DNA of 64,000 nucleotides, taken from assembly GCF_009914755.1 (NCBI RefSeq), contig NC_060931.1; one strand, written 5' to 3'. Source of the DNA: the human T2T-CHM13v2.0 reference genome, Homo sapiens. Each line of letters begins with the position of its first letter. Positions within the stretch are counted from its first letter, which is position 1. The notes beneath the pieces are model-generated. The model saw only the letters and a program-made list of their open reading frames with translations. It was not told the DNA's origin and ran no database searches. Of the stretch, positions 32,636 to 50,722 are shown one piece after another. Made by a program: the position numbers and the translations under genes.

Positions 32636-33110
32636 TGTATTAGTGTGTTCTGGCTGCCATAACAAAATATGGCAGACTGGGCTGCTTAAACAACAGACAC
32701 TGGCTTTCTCATACTTCTGGAGGGTTCAATGTCAAGGTCAATGTCAAGGTGTCAGCAGGGTTGGTTTCCCCTAAGTCCTCTCCTTGGTTTATCGATGGCC
32801 GTCTTCTCTCTGTGTCCTCCCATGGTCACCCGCTATGTGTGTCTCTGTCCTAATCTCTTCTCATAAGGACACCAGCCAGATTAGATTCGTGCCCACCCCA
32901 TGACCTCCTTCTACCTTCATCATCTCTTTAAAGACCCGATCTTCACATACAGTCACATTTTTTTTCTTTTATTTTAATTTCAATAGTTTTTGGAAAAGAA
33001 GTGGTTTTTGGCTACATGGATAAGTTCTTCAGTGGTCATTTCTGAGATTTTGGTGAATCCATCACCTGAGAGCAGTATACACTGTACCCGATATGTGGTC
33101 TCTCATCCCT
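32636..33110 (-). mobile_element. MLT1A/B-like LTR followed by an L1P 3' fragment (~32960-33110)
   Basis: TGTATTAGTGTGTTCTGGCTGCCATAACAAAATA...CAGTCACATT then ACATGGATAAGTTCTTCAGTGGT. Confidence 0.75.
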
Positions 33111-34300
33111 CTGAAGGATTGGGCGTTTATTTTTGGCATGGGGTCAGGCGGGGGGCGTCGAAATGAAGCCTATAACGGGGCAAATGGAGGTGCTTTTTAA
33201 AAATTTTTTATTTTTGGGAGTCATTTGAAACACTCGATTCTCATTTTCTTGGCTTGCGGTGTGTTCTTAATGGCATTAATCCTTCCTCAGAAGGGCCTCT
33301 AAATATAGATGCCATCTGCTGCCAGGCAATATGTTATCACTGATCACCCACTTAACAATTACCTCCTTCTATGCAAGGAGGAGAGGTTGCCGAGACTCGA
33401 GGGGGAGGCACACCCTCCATACAGCCTTCAGCCAGTGAGAAGCCAGGGAAAAATCCTACAGTCAGGTGGGACTCCAGGACCTCAAGATGATGGAAGTTTG
33501 CCAGAATTCCAAGACTCTGTGATTCTTGACTAGCTGGGCACTTGCGTCATGCTCATTGATTCAGAAGGAGGGTCTCCTCCCCCTTCCTGTAAGTCCCGAG
33601 CACCCGTACAAAACAGTGATGGAAATTTCTGCCTATTAAAAAAAAAATGTTCCTTCTTACAGAGCAAAGTGGCACCTGCCAGCCCTGGTTGATGGCATCT
33701 CCGCCTTGATTAAGGGGAACACTCATCGTCCAGATGTGTGTGCCCTGCCCTCTGATGTGATGTGGTTTTCTCAGATGACACCTTCCTCCAGCCCTGCTGC
33801 AGAACCACTGCTGGCTGGCTTATTCCAGCACTCTTGCTGTGAAGGACAATTTGGCCTTCCATTAATTACTTTCTAAGTTCTAGATTTCAATTAGAGAGTT
33901 AATTACTTTTTGCCATATTGCCCCCATTAAAGACATTTTCACTATTAAGTCAATTTGTTAGCATTGAAGAGCTTTGCCAAGACAGAAAAGTTATTGTCCA
34001 AAGAGCCTCCTGCGGTCACTGTTGACTCCTCCTGCTTTGAGTTGATAAAGTTGAAAGGTCTATTTTAGATGTGTTTTTTCATTCATTTAGCAAATATTTG
34101 TGAACCACTTACTTTGTGCTCAGTGCTGAGGGTATGGAGGATGTGAAGATAAGTCAGATGTGGTCCTTGCCTTCAAGGGGGTCAAGAACTGATAGAAAAG
34201 GGATAAAATGAAAGGAATAAATCAGAGATGTAAGTACTGGAGTCTGGGCATGAACAAAATATCCAAACACAGAAGATGAGGGAGTGGTTAATTTGGGAAG

Positions 34301-34633
34301 CATATTAGCCTATTCTCACACTGCTATAAAGCCATACCCGAGACTGGGTAATTTATGAAGGAAAGAGAGTTAATTGACTTACAGTTCAACATGGTTGGTG
34401 AGCCGTCAATCATGGCAGAAGATGAAGGGACAGTAAGGTATTTCTTACATGGTGGCAGGAGAGAGAGAACTTTTAAACCACCAGATCTTGTGAGAACTCA
34501 CTCACTATTATGAGAACAGCATGGGGGAAACCACCCCCATGATCTAATCGCCTCCCACCAGTCCTTCCCTCAACAACTAAGGATTACAATTCGAGATGAG
34601 ATTTGGGTGCGGACACAGCACCAAACCATATCA
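34301..34633 (-). mobile_element. THE1/MSTA MaLR solo LTR inserted in an L2 remnant
   Basis: CCCGAGACTGGGTAATTTAT...GATGAGATTTGGGTG...CCAAACCATATCA; TSD GGAAG. Confidence 0.88.
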
Positions 34634-34714
34634 GGAAGTCTTTGCGAGGTTATGAAATTTTACATAGGTCTTGTAGGATGCATAGGTGTTTGCCAGCCAG
34701 ATAAGAAGGAAAGG

Positions 34715-35812
<1,098 letters not shown>

Positions 35813-36100
35813 CTCCGAGGCAAGGAAACAGGGTGCATAAAGGCATGGAATTCTGGAAAGAATAGACTATTCAAGAGTAGGCTATTTAGGAAAGAGTAGA
35901 CTAAGAAAGTGTGCCTCTGACCTAACTCATCCAGAAGCTCCTCTCAGGTTTGTTTTCTGTAAAATAAACGTGTCTTAACTGGTGAGCCACCTTTTGTGTT
36001 TCTTTCCTCTTTCTTTTCAGAGAGATAAAGATATAGCTGGACCATAGGTAACTTCAAGTTAGCTACATGTGCAATTTTTCTAAAGAATGCTCAAGGCTAC

Positions 36101-36329
36101 AATGAGAACACGTGGACACAAGGAGGGGAACATCACACACCAGGGCCAGTCGGGGGGGTGGGAGCAAGGGGAGGGAGAGCATTAGAACAAATACCTAATG
36201 CATGTGGGGCATAAAACCTAGATGATGGGTTGATAGGTGCAGCAAATCACCATGGCACATGTATATCTATGTAACAAACCTCACATTCTGCACATGTATC
36301 CCAGAACTTAAAGGAAAATAAAAAAAAAA
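36101..36329 (+). mobile_element. L1PA 3' end
   Basis: AATGAGAACACGTGGACACA...GGTGCAGCAAATCACCATGGCACATGTAT...CCCAGAACTTAAAG poly(A). Confidence 0.92.
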
Positions 36330-37255
<926 letters not shown>

Positions 37256-37559
37256 AATGATATCTTTTTGTAAGTGATTTTCAGTCTTACTCTACAGAGC
37301 CTTGTGGAAATCCTCTAAACCATGCTTTCTCAATGGGGGCAACACTGATCCCAAGGTTATGATCATTGATTCTTGGGAGGTGAAAGAAGTTTTACAATGG
37401 CCTGTGGTCTTCCAAGGCTCGATTCCATTTGAGGAAATAAACAGATGTGCAGTGTATCTGTGGGATTAAAATTTCATGGAGGGGATGACTATGAAGAAAA
37501 GATTCAGGAAAACTGCTTGAAGTCATCTGCTATGACTCTGATCTTTTCTCTCTTTATTA

Positions 37560-37856
37560 TTTTCAGAGGCAGTTCTTTCACTCTTGCCCAGGCTGGAGTG
37601 CAGTGGGATGATCATGGCTCACTGCAGCTTTGACCTCCTGGACTCAAGCAATCCTCCTACCTCAGCCTTCTGAGTAGATGAGACTACAGGCATGCACCAC
37701 TGAGCCTGGCTAATTTTTAACTTTTTTTCTTTTTTTGATAGAAATGGAGCTTTGCTATGTTGCCCAAGCTGGTCTCAAACTCCTGGCCTCAAGTGATCCT
37801 CCTGCCTCAACCTCACAAAGTGTTGAGACTGTAGGCATAAACCCCCATGCCTGGTC
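37560..37856 (-). mobile_element. AluJ-like element
   Basis: Antisense Alu; TSD CTGATCTT. Confidence 0.88.
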
Positions 37857-37859
37857 TGA

Positions 37860-38900
<1,041 letters not shown>

Positions 38901-38907
38901 TTTGGCT

Positions 38908-39203
38908 TTATTTATTTTTTGAGACAAGGTCTTGCTGTATTGCCCAGACCAGAGTGCAGTGGTGAGATCATAACTCACCGCAGACTTGATCTTCTGGGCT
39001 CAAGTGATCCCGTTGCCTCAGCCTCCTGAGTAGCTGGGACTACAGTCTCATGCCACCATGCCCAACTAATTTTTATTTTATTTTTAGTAGAGATGACGTC
39101 TCACTATGTTGCCCAGGCGGATCTTGAACTCTTGGCCTCAAGTGATCCTCCTGCCTTGGCCTCCCAAGGTGTTTGGATTACAGGTAGGACCCACTGTGCC
39201 CAG
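38908..39203 (-). mobile_element. AluJ-like element
   Basis: Antisense Alu. Confidence 0.88.
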
Positions 39204-40044
39204 ACAAATTTAAGTTTCTTTAATACACATACTCAAGGCCACTCTAGCCAGAAGACCCAGAGACACTCTGATATGGGAGTGGAGTGGGGCAGGGTACTGG
39301 CCTCCTGCAGAGCCTCTGGCTTCCCAACACTGTGAAGGCCCCAGCCACTGCCATGAGGATGGAATCTTTTGGTAGAACAGAAAGTTTTGGGGGAAGGAGC
39401 AGTCACTTTCCCATGGGCTTGCCCTTTATCTCCTTTGCTGTGTGATTTTGGTGTATGAACTATACCTCCCACCATTCAGACAGAACCTAGAACCTATCTC
39501 TTACCTGCCCACCTGCTGACTGGTAGAGCCTCCTGGTGTGGTGGGACAAGGAGAGAGAGGAAGTCAAGAAAGCAGAAGAGCAGGGAGCACCCGGAGGAAG
39601 GGTGTGGAGGGCGGTGGCAGTCTTGCCATTTGGCCTGGCAGGGATGAGATTCCTCCATAGTCAAGGGTAAGATATCATGGTGATACCAATATCCTCTGGG
39701 GCCACCTAAGGACAAGAAAACCCCAGCAGGAAGAGGCTAGATTGTGGCCCATCTGAGAGAACAGAACCCCTGCCACCCCAAAACTCTTAAGTCTCCAGTC
39801 CAGCTGGCACCAAGAGGGGAGAGAAAGAGTTTAGCATCAAATACAAGGTTAAAATTGTAGAACAAATAGGACCACCTGAAAACATGAACAAGGTTGTTTT
39901 ATTAGATGAAGCCGAATCAAAAATTATAAAATTAAATGACATTATATGAAAAGAGCAGCCTACAACCCAGGGAAAGAAGGGGTCTTGACAGAGGAGTTGT
40001 AATACCAATGAAAAAAAAGATGTTTATAATGTATAAACATATTT

Positions 40045-40236
40045 TACAGCAGTTCAGACTGCCATAAAATATACCATAAATGGAGTGGCTTATACAATAG
40101 GAAGTCATCTTTTTTTTTTTTTTTTTTCAATTCTGGAGGCTGGAAGACAGATGAGGTTTCTCAGTATGGTTAGGTTCTTGTGAGGGCTCTTTTCCTGGCT
40201 TGCAGACAGCTGCCTTCTTGCTATGTCTTTACCTAG

Positions 40237-40272
<36 letters not shown>

Positions 40273-40460
40273 ATAACAAGCTCTCTCTTTTTCTTTTAAT
40301 AAAATCACTAACCCTATAGGATTAGGATTGTGCCCTTATGACCTCACTTAATCTTAATTACCCCCTAAAAGCCTCATCTCTATATACAGTCACATTAGGG
40401 GTTTGAGCTTCAGCATAGGAATTTTTTGGGGGTGGTGGGGAGATAATTCAGTCCATAGCA
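40045..40460 (-). mobile_element. MLT1A-like MaLR LTR with (GA)n tract
   Basis: CTGCCATAAAATATACCATAAATGGAGTGGCTTA...CAGTCACATTAGGGG...ATTCAGTCCATAGCA. Confidence 0.8.
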
Positions 40461-40701
40461 ATATGCTAATGAGTTGAGAGGCCCTCACTTAACTGGGTAT
40501 ATTTGGCATTAACTGAGAAAAGGTCAGATTATGACACCTATTGGGGATTTTCGTATTGTAGTCTAGGATTCAAGAGGACCAAAAGTTTGTAAGACAAGAA
40601 GAAATAAGACTACAATGATAGATGGCAGCTGAAATATTTTGAGGCAGGGTTCATGCTGTATTTAATAGGGAAGATAAGGTAGTGGTCTCTGTCTTTCTCT
40701 G

Positions 40702-40732
<31 letters not shown>

Positions 40733-40864
40733 CCCCTGAAAGATCCACAGTGATCACCTAGCCCAGGAATAACAGTTGCTTGGTATGGGAGACATTATTC
40801 CCCTATTTCTTCTCTCATGGCAGACATAAGTAACGATTATGGCACTGTTTCATGCTATGACTAC

Positions 40865-41569
<705 letters not shown>

Positions 41570-42214
41570 ACTACCTGTTCTCTGATGCAAAAAAGAGACA
41601 GCCCACTGCAATCAGGGAGGGCTTCCTGAAAGAGGTGAGACTTCAACTGGTTCTTGAAAGATAGGCTGGGTTTTTAAATGTGGCCCCTAAACTTTGGTAG
41701 GCTAAGGAGGACTTCTTGAGACTAGATCCTGGAGTCCATCTAATGAGACTCTGATTCAGTTCATATTAGGGATATTCTTCATTTTTTATGTTCCTCAGGT
41801 GAATTAGATCCCTGGAGAATGGGGATACTGGAAGCAGAGGAGAGACTGGCATAAGCAAAGAAGGGCAATCAATAGAAGGTCCCCAAGGAAGGAAGAATCA
41901 GAACTGTGAGTTGTGGTTATTGGTTGCACTAGAGAGAAGTCCAAGGCAGGGATGAGCTGGAAATTGGTGGTTATCAAATCTGGAGGTCATGACTACAGAC
42001 CTGGAAGGACTGAGTACAGCTGCAATGCCAGCAACTTATACCTGTACTTTCAGGCATTGAATTTCAGCAAAGTGAGCAGTGGGAACAGCTCAATCTATTT
42101 ACAAATCCTAACTGACCAGTAAGCCACCCCCTCCTGCTTCTGCCTGCTTGTGAAAAATGCTATTTTAACAAGGGGCAGCCGATCAGTGCAGGATATTTTG
42201 GTAATGGCTTGATA

Positions 42215-43140
<926 letters not shown>

Positions 43141-43350
43141 TCCAAAGCATTGTCACATCTGGGCCGATTACTTTATATATTAAAAACAGCCTTAGTACCT
43201 CTGCCTGTTTTCCTGTAATTTAATAGAAGCAATGAAGGTAATAATAATTAAAATAAGGGTTCTTATTTACTTAGTCTGTACCATATTCTAGGCACAATAC
43301 TAGTCTTTTGTAAACTAGAAGGAGGTTCTATTATTGCTCCCACACCCAAC

Positions 43351-43867
43351 TGTTACAGGAAAGGAGTCCCAATCCAGACCTCAAGAGAGGGTTCTTGGAT
43401 CTCACACAAGAAAGAATTCAGAGTGAGTTTGCAGTGCAAAGTAAAAGCAAGTTTATTAAGAAAGTAAAGTGATGAAAATACAGCTACTCCATAGACAGAG
43501 TAGGGTGTTCCTGAAAGTAAGAGGAGGAATGCGTCCACCCTAGGTACAATACTCGTATGTATGGGGAGATGTTCTCTGCTATAAGGGTTTGTGATAAAGG
43601 ATAAATTTTCTTAATTACTATATTTTTCCAGAATTAATATTATTATCTTTAAAGCAAAATTAGGAATGCCTTTGTCCAGATATCAGGATATCTGGACACT
43701 CCCAAGTCTGGGTCTGTTTAGTAAACATTATGAATTTGTTCTCTTAACCATAAATATCTAGAAGCTAGGAATGCCTGACTTTCTGGGAATGCAGCCCAGC
43801 AGGTCCCAGCCTCATTTTCCTAGCCCTCACTCAAGATGGAGTCACTCTGGTTAGAACACCTCTGCCA
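43351..43867 (-). mobile_element. MER41-family solo LTR (same type as 23919) with GAS motif, inserted in a MIR
   Basis: TGTTACAGGAAAGG...CAAGATGGAGTCACTCTGGTT...CTGCCA; TSD CAAC; TTCTGGGAA at 43781-43789. Confidence 0.9.
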
Positions 43868-44240
43868 CAACCATTGTGTAGAAGAGGAAGATAAGGCCCA
43901 ATGAGCCTCTGTGATTTGCACCTGAGAACAGCTGGAATTGGAATTCAAATACCTTCTGGCTTATTTCAACCTCCCCTGCCCACCACTCAAGCCTCCCAGA
44001 TTTGGAGGATTGTCCAGAGGTCCACGTTTGCCTGTAGGATGATGGCACCATGTTTAAACAGTTGGATGTGGCAGTATCATGCATTTGGATGTTGGTGGTA
44101 ATCTGCTTATGACACCCCCCAATCCCGTGGGAAACTTCAGACTTATTTTGGAAAGATTGTTAGGAGGTCAGCTCTGGGATACCATGAATGCCAGTGGAGA
44201 TTAAGAGAAGTAGTGTTTTGGCATTCATATTAAAGTGACT

Positions 44241-44535
44241 GGGCCAGGCACGGTGGCTCACGCCTGTAATCCCAGAACTTTGGGAGGCCGATGTGGGCGG
44301 ATCACGAGGTCAGGAGTTCGAGACCAGCCTGGTCAACATGGTGAAACCCAATCTGTACTAAAAATACAAAAATTAGCTGGGCTTGATGGCAGGCACCTAT
44401 AACGCGCTGCTCGGGAGGCTGAGGCAGGAGAATTGCTTGAAACCAAAAGGCAGAGGTCGCAGCGAGCCAAGATCGCACCACTACACTCCAGCCTGGGTGA
44501 AAGAACAAAACTCCGTCTCAAAAAAAAAAAAAAAA
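44241..44535 (+). mobile_element. Alu (AluS)
   Basis: Full-length; TSD TAAGTGACT-like. Confidence 0.93.
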
Positions 44536-44777
44536 TTTAAGTGACTTCAGTGAAATCAGAGGTTGAAAAGGCCTGAGATGGTTCAGTTACATGAAGTATG
44601 ACTTAGGAGGTGAAATGGAGAGTGTAGGCTTGAGAAGTAGATTAACTTGGGCTCTTGGGCCTGGCCTGCCACCCCGTAACCTTATGACTTTGGACAAGAT
44701 AACACAATCTGTCTGAAACTCAGCTCAACTCTCAAATGGGCCTAAGGATCCCTGCTTCTTAAGAATCCTGTGGAGAC

Positions 44778-45044
<267 letters not shown>

Positions 45045-45527
45045 TCAGGGTACAGACATGCCTATTTGGGTGCCTGTTCATGGAAGTGCAAGATAAATAT
45101 AGGCTTCCTGCCTCTAATAGGGCCAGGGATAGACCAGAAGGGAATTCTTGGTTCCCATTTAGAGTAGAGAGGAGGAAAAAGAGAAAGAGTGAGAGAGATT
45201 GAAAGGGAGAGAGATGCTTTTGTTTAGAGCATCTCTGGGAAGAAGGACTTGTATTTATCTGCCTCTTGGGCTTCCTTTCAGGGCTACTGCCCCTCGATAT
45301 GCTGAACTAGGGCAAACAGCTCAAATTGGGAGTGACAATGCCATTTTGCAGCAAATGTCTCCAGAGGAGAGGAGTGACTGACACTTTCTGCTATGTTTTC
45401 CTCTCCATCCCTTCCCAGCCCGTAATAGTGGCCAGGAGAATTAACAATGAGACAAGAGCTAAAAACAAGGGAGAATCTTCACAAGGTTACTGGAATTGGA
45501 GGAGGCATTGGCAACTTTACCTCTACA

Positions 45528-46186
45528 TGTAACTGTCTGCTGGGTTCTTCCTGCCTGCTGCACAAATAAAGACCATGACATTGCTGTAAAGAAAGAGTTT
45601 AATTGACAGAAGGCCAGCCACACCACATGAGAGACTGGTTACTACTCAAATCAATCTCCCTGAAGGCTCATAATTAGGGGTTTTTCAAAGGCAGTTTGGG
45701 GGAAGGAGCAGGGGTAGCTAGGAAATAGGTGCTTTCTGCTGATTGGTTGGGGTGGAGATGAAATCACAGGGGGTTGAAACTGTCTTTTTGAGTTGAGTTG
45801 CTCCCATGTGAGCCACAGGAGTCATTGATTCCAAGTGGAGCCATAGTGTCAGACATGCAAAAAACCTCAAAAGGTATCTCAAAAGGCCAATCTACAACAG
45901 TGGTGTTATCTGCAGGAAAAGTCTGGCAACCTATGTCTACATCTTAGCAGAATTCGGGCTCCTCTCCTCCCCCTAGCCTGGTGGATTTTCATTAGCTTTA
46001 CAGAGGTAGTTGAGTTTGGGGGAAGGCCTATTACCATTTAAACTTCAACCTCAATATCTTTCAAAGTCAGCTAGGCCTAAAAGCCCAAAAATAATAAAGG
46101 AAAAGCCAAGATGGGGGTGTGTTAAATCAGATCTCTTTCACTGCTGTAATTTTCTCACTGTTTTAATGTTGGCTAAGGCAGTTTAA
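45528..46186 (-). mobile_element. ERV1 solo LTR related to LTR8 (LTR8A/B or LTR49-like)
   Basis: TGTAAC...TACTCAAATCAATCTCCC...CTGATTGGTTGGG...AGATCTCTTTCACTG; 4 bp TSD TACA. Confidence 0.75.
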
Positions 46187-46667
46187 TACAGGTTGCTGAG
46201 TCTTCATGGCAAGGTCCCTTTTGCATTGCAGGATTGCATGTGATTTATTGTGCTCCTGTATCCCTTCATTCATACTTCTGACCCTCACTGAACATCTGTG
46301 AGTGCAATACTATGCAATGGGTAGTTTCTGCTCTCAGGGACTCAGTCTCCTTTGGGAGATGCATACCTAAGCAGATGGTCACTCAGCACAACTGAGCCCG
46401 GACAGAGGAAATGCAGACAGCCTGCAAGCCTTTCTGGAGGAGCTACTCTTTTTGTTACAATCTGAGAAAATTATTAACAGTAAAGCAGGTGGAGGCAAGG
46501 GGAGAGGAGTTGGAGGAGACAGAAGAAGACATTTCTGGCAAAAGCCACTGCAGATAAAGGTGGGGTGGACACACTGAGCAATTAGTGAGGGGATCAGGAG
46601 GCTGGAGAGACATTCAAGGTTCAGGTCATGGAGATTTTGGAATTTTTCCTTAAACCTGTCATGCGGC

Positions 46668-47216
46668 TGTCAGAAGCATTTGAACCAGAGCAACTCCATC
46701 TTGAATGGGAGGTAAAATGAGGCTGAGACCTACTGGGCTGCATTCCCAGACAGTTAAAGCATTCTAAGTCACAGGGTGAGATAGGAGGTCAGCACAAGAT
46801 ACAGGTCATAAAGACCTTGCTGATAAAACAGATTGCAATAAAGAAGTCAGGCAAAACCCACCAAAACCAAGATGGTGACGAGAGTGACCTCTGGTCATCC
46901 TCACTGCTACATTCCCACCAGCACCATGACAGTTTACAAGTGGTATGGCAACATGAGGAAGTTACCCTATATGGTCTAAAAAGGGGAGACATGAATAATC
47001 CACCCTTTGTTTAGCATATCATTAAGAAATAACCATGAAAATGGGCAACCAGCAGCCCTTGGGTCTGCTCAATCTGTGGAGTAGCTGTTCTTTTATTCCT
47101 TTACTTTCCTAATAAACTTCCTTTCACTTTACTCTATGGACTCACCCTGAATTCTTTCTTGCATCAGATCCAAGAACCCTCTCTTGCGGTCTGGATTGGG
47201 ACTCTTTCCTCTAACA
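46668..47216 (+). mobile_element. MER41A/B-like solo LTR
   Basis: TGTCAGAAGCATTTGAACCAGAGCAACTCCATCTTG...AGATCCAAGAACCCTCTCTTG...CTAACA; homologous to the reverse complement of 30820-31374. Confidence 0.9.
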
Positions 47217-47393
47217 GAGCTGTTGATGGATTTAAGTTGGGAGTGGGATGATCATATTGGCCTTTTTAGCAAGAGGTCCCTGGCAATGGTGGAGAGGGAA
47301 CCATGTGAGTTTTTATAGGAACTTGGCTCCAAAGATGACAAGACTTGAGAACAAAGGTAGTGGCCATGGAGATGGAATCTGGAGGTCTGATTC

Positions 47394-48145
47394 TGAAACC
47401 GCCCTTGTAAAATTATAACTGAAAAAATTATGACAGTGAAAGAGATCAGACCTAACCGATTCCATCTTGCTTCTAACTTTTAAACTGTCCTTGTTCATTC
47501 CTGGATGTAGGCGGAACTAGCTTTGGGAAGTAGTTCAGCTCATGATTTGACTCTGAAACAAAGTTGATAATTGCCTTTTCCTGAAAAGACCCCCTTCTTA
47601 CCTAGGGACCAGTCTGCCTTTGCAGGACTAACAAATTAGCTACTGCAGGACTAACCAATTAGCTACAAGATTAGAAATGACATTTAGGGGCCATGCAACC
47701 TCTGGCTGCAAGAGTCTGAACCTCCCCAAATTGCTCCTGGGGACAACATCACTATTGTAAAACCTAAGATTGGTGCTTGAGATATTGTACAGACCCTGCA
47801 CTGGATGGATCAGCTGACACCACCAAGACAGGTAATCTGGCTCAACCGGTTCTGCCATCCCACCCAGGAACAGAAGACAGCAAGAAAACTCACTTCGATC
47901 CACTATGATTCCACCTCCAATCTGACCAATCAGCACTCCCCACTTCCCAAGCCCCTACCTGCCAAATTATCTTTAAAATCTCTGATTCCTGAATGCTCAG
48001 GGAGACTGATTTGAATAGTGATAAAACTCTGATCTCCTGCACAGCTAGCTCTGTGTAAATTACTCTTTCTCTATTGCAATTCCCCTGTCTTGATAAACCA
48101 GCTTTGTCTAGGCAGCAGGCAAGGTGAACCCAATGGGCGGTTACA
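47394..48145 (+). mobile_element. LTR8 ERV1 solo LTR
   Basis: TGAAACCGCCCTTGTAAAATTATAACTG...GGGCGGTTACA; TSD ATTC; internal 23 bp duplication TGCAGGACTAAC(A/C)AATTAGCTAC. Confidence 0.88.
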
Positions 48146-49779
48146 ATTCTAGAGACAGGAAGTAGCATTGGCTGGACTTGGTACCTAGTGAGATGTGGGG
48201 TTGATGGAGAAGGAGGAGTTAAGGACTCTGGCTTGGGCAGTCAGATAGATTATGGGGCATCCCCAGAGACAGGGAAAAATGTTGACTCTAAGGGGATTTG
48301 GTGATATGGCTACCTGGTTTTGGAACTCAGCAGTGATCAGGGCTGGGGATGTGGAGTTGGGAGATGTCATCACTCAGGATTTGGGAAGGGTAAGTGCATA
48401 GAGTGAGAAGAGAGAGAGGTTGAGGAGTGGATACTGGGAAAAGGGCATTTGAGGTTGGGCAAAGGAAGAGGATGGAGAGAGAGAAAGAGAGTGGTGAAAC
48501 TGAGGTGGGGTTGTCATGTCCCAGCAGTCAAGGAAGGAGAGGTGCAGAGAAGGAGGGAGAATCATCACTGCATACGACTTCTAGAAAGACAGAGAGAGAA
48601 GCATCTTTTGGATTTAGCAGTACATGGCCATTGGTGATTTGACAGGAATGATTTCAGTAAAGGGAAGGGAGATAGACTGAAGTGGATTTGGGAGTAGATA
48701 GAAAATTGGCAACTAGAGACACAGCACAGAGAATGTTTCTGCAATTTTGGCTCAGAAGAAAAAACTATAGGCTATGTAGTTGAAGGAAGAGACTGTAGGA
48801 TGGGAGAGACTGGAAAGTCAAGTAGGATGGGCCATAAAGAATTTGGAAAGGGAGAGAACCCAGGAGAGGGGGGAGCAATTGGTAGAATGAGGGGGCTGTC
48901 AGAATCTCTGTGGGGGGTCATCCAGTGGTGTGGGGGCTGGGAGTTATGAGTTTGCAGCTCAGAAATGCTTTGATGAGTTTGATATATTTGCTCCCCCACC
49001 TCTGCCATTTTCCATTTCCATGTGGAATGCTGAGACTAGGCTGGGTGGCCAGGTTGGCTGGGGACTGGGAGCATTTGGCAGACTTTGCAGAGGAGGCTGG
49101 ACAGAGGATCTTGTGCATGGGTTGGAGTGGCAGGTGTGGGTAGAGGGAGGTCAGGTGTAGTATGGGGTCAGGTGTAATATAGAGAGGTCAGATAGAGCTG
49201 GGGCAGATGCAGAGATCTGTGGAATAGGCTATAAGCTGGTAGTGAGTCTGAAGGTCAGGAGACTTCAAGCAGCATGTAGCATGCCAGGTCTCCAGGCATC
49301 ATTGTAGGTTTTGTGAGTGCCTTGTCCATTGGGCCCAGCCAGGTGCTAAAAGTATAGGCAGCATAGCTGGGAGGATGCTGGGAAGATCTGGGCAGGAAGG
49401 TTGGAGGGCAGTGAAGGGCTTCAGTCTGAGAACTAGAAGTCAAGGGCTAAGTGGGGACCTTGAAGCAGATACCAGACCCATATATGGGGTGGTGGGGAGA
49501 AAGTGCGCTCTAAGGGCATGGAAAGCATACCCCATGCATACCAGATGCCAGGCCAGCAGTGAAATTGTGGCAACTACCTTCACCACAGAACACGAGCAAC
49601 AGGTGTCCCTAGAACAATGAATAGCAAGGAGGATCTGACGAGAGGAGCCAAGGAGAGGCCCTGGCACTCCTTGTGTGGACCAAGCCACCTCTCAGAGATA
49701 CACTGATGGATGGTCCATGGTAGAGAGCCCCAACATGAACTCAACTGATGTTATGGCTCAGGTAGGCTTAAGAAGTCCC

Positions 49780-49995
49780 TGACAAAGTAGGATAAGCACA
49801 GCCTTGGGAGCCAAACAGATCTGGGTTCAAATCCTGACTACACATTCCTAGCTGTGTGACCTTGGAAATTTTTTAACTTGTCTGAGCCCATTCTTCTTAT
49901 GTGTAGAATGAGAGAGCAAATCTCTACTGCCAGGGTCATTGTGAGAAATATATGAGAAGATGTTTTGGAAGACCTGATCATGGTGAATGGTTCAT
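49780..49995 (+). mobile_element. MIR
   Basis: CTGGGTTCAAATCCTGAC...CTAGCTGTGTGACCTTGG. Confidence 0.8.
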
Positions 49996-50209
49996 GATGG
50001 ATTCTTAATAAATGATCCTTCCTTCCTTCCTTCCTTCCTTCCTTCCTTCCCTCCCTCCCTCCCTCTTTCCTTCCTTCCTGCTGAGAGGTGGAGATTTGTG
50101 CTAAGAACCAACAACATAGCTTTGGTTTGTACCAGGTCACATGGACCAAAGCAAGAGTTTGTTATAAGCCACCTAACAGTGTCAAGCACTGAAGTAAATT
50201 AGAGATGAC

Positions 50210-50722
50210 AACAATTCTTTGAAACTTTTCCCATTAAGAGTTGGGGTCTGTGACACCTCCCCTTGTATCTGGGAAGGCTATGTGATTGGTTGAACAATGG
50301 AATATGTGGACGTAATGCTGTGCCAGTTTCCAGGCCCAGGTCTTAAGAGAATAGCAATTTTCATTCCTTGCTCTTGGAATACTTGGACTGTCCTGAGCCA
50401 CCATGCTATGAGGAAGCTCAAGCAGCCACTATGCTATGAGGAAGCTGTGAGGCCCATGTGGAAAGGAACCAAGGCCCTCAGATGAAAGCCCTAGCTGAGC
50501 TACCAGTCAACAACCAGCACCATCTTGCCAGCCAAGTGAGTGCACCATCTTGAATCCTCCAGCCCCAGTGGAGCTGCTTCACCTTATGCTTCCTGGAACC
50601 AAGATGAGCCATCCCCTCTGAGCCCTGCCCACATTGAACATTAGTGAGCAAAGCAAGTGATTGTTGTTTAAAGCCTCTCTGTTTTGGAATAGTTTGTTAT
50701 GGAGTAAAAGTTAACTAGAACA
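50210..50722 (+). mobile_element. MLT1F/G-like MaLR LTR
   Basis: GCTGTGCCAGTTTCCAGGCCCAGG...TTGCCAGCCAAGTGAGTG...TTTGTTATGGAGTAAAAGTTAACTAGAACA. Confidence 0.72.

Larger units (their letters stand above)
46260..48790 (-). mobile_element. Long degraded L2 LINE split by the MER41 and LTR8 insertions
   Basis: Purine-rich L2-type text on both sides of the LTRs (e.g. GGAGTTAAGGACTCTGGCTTGGGCAG, GGATTTAGCAGTACATGGCCATTGGTGA). Confidence 0.6.
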
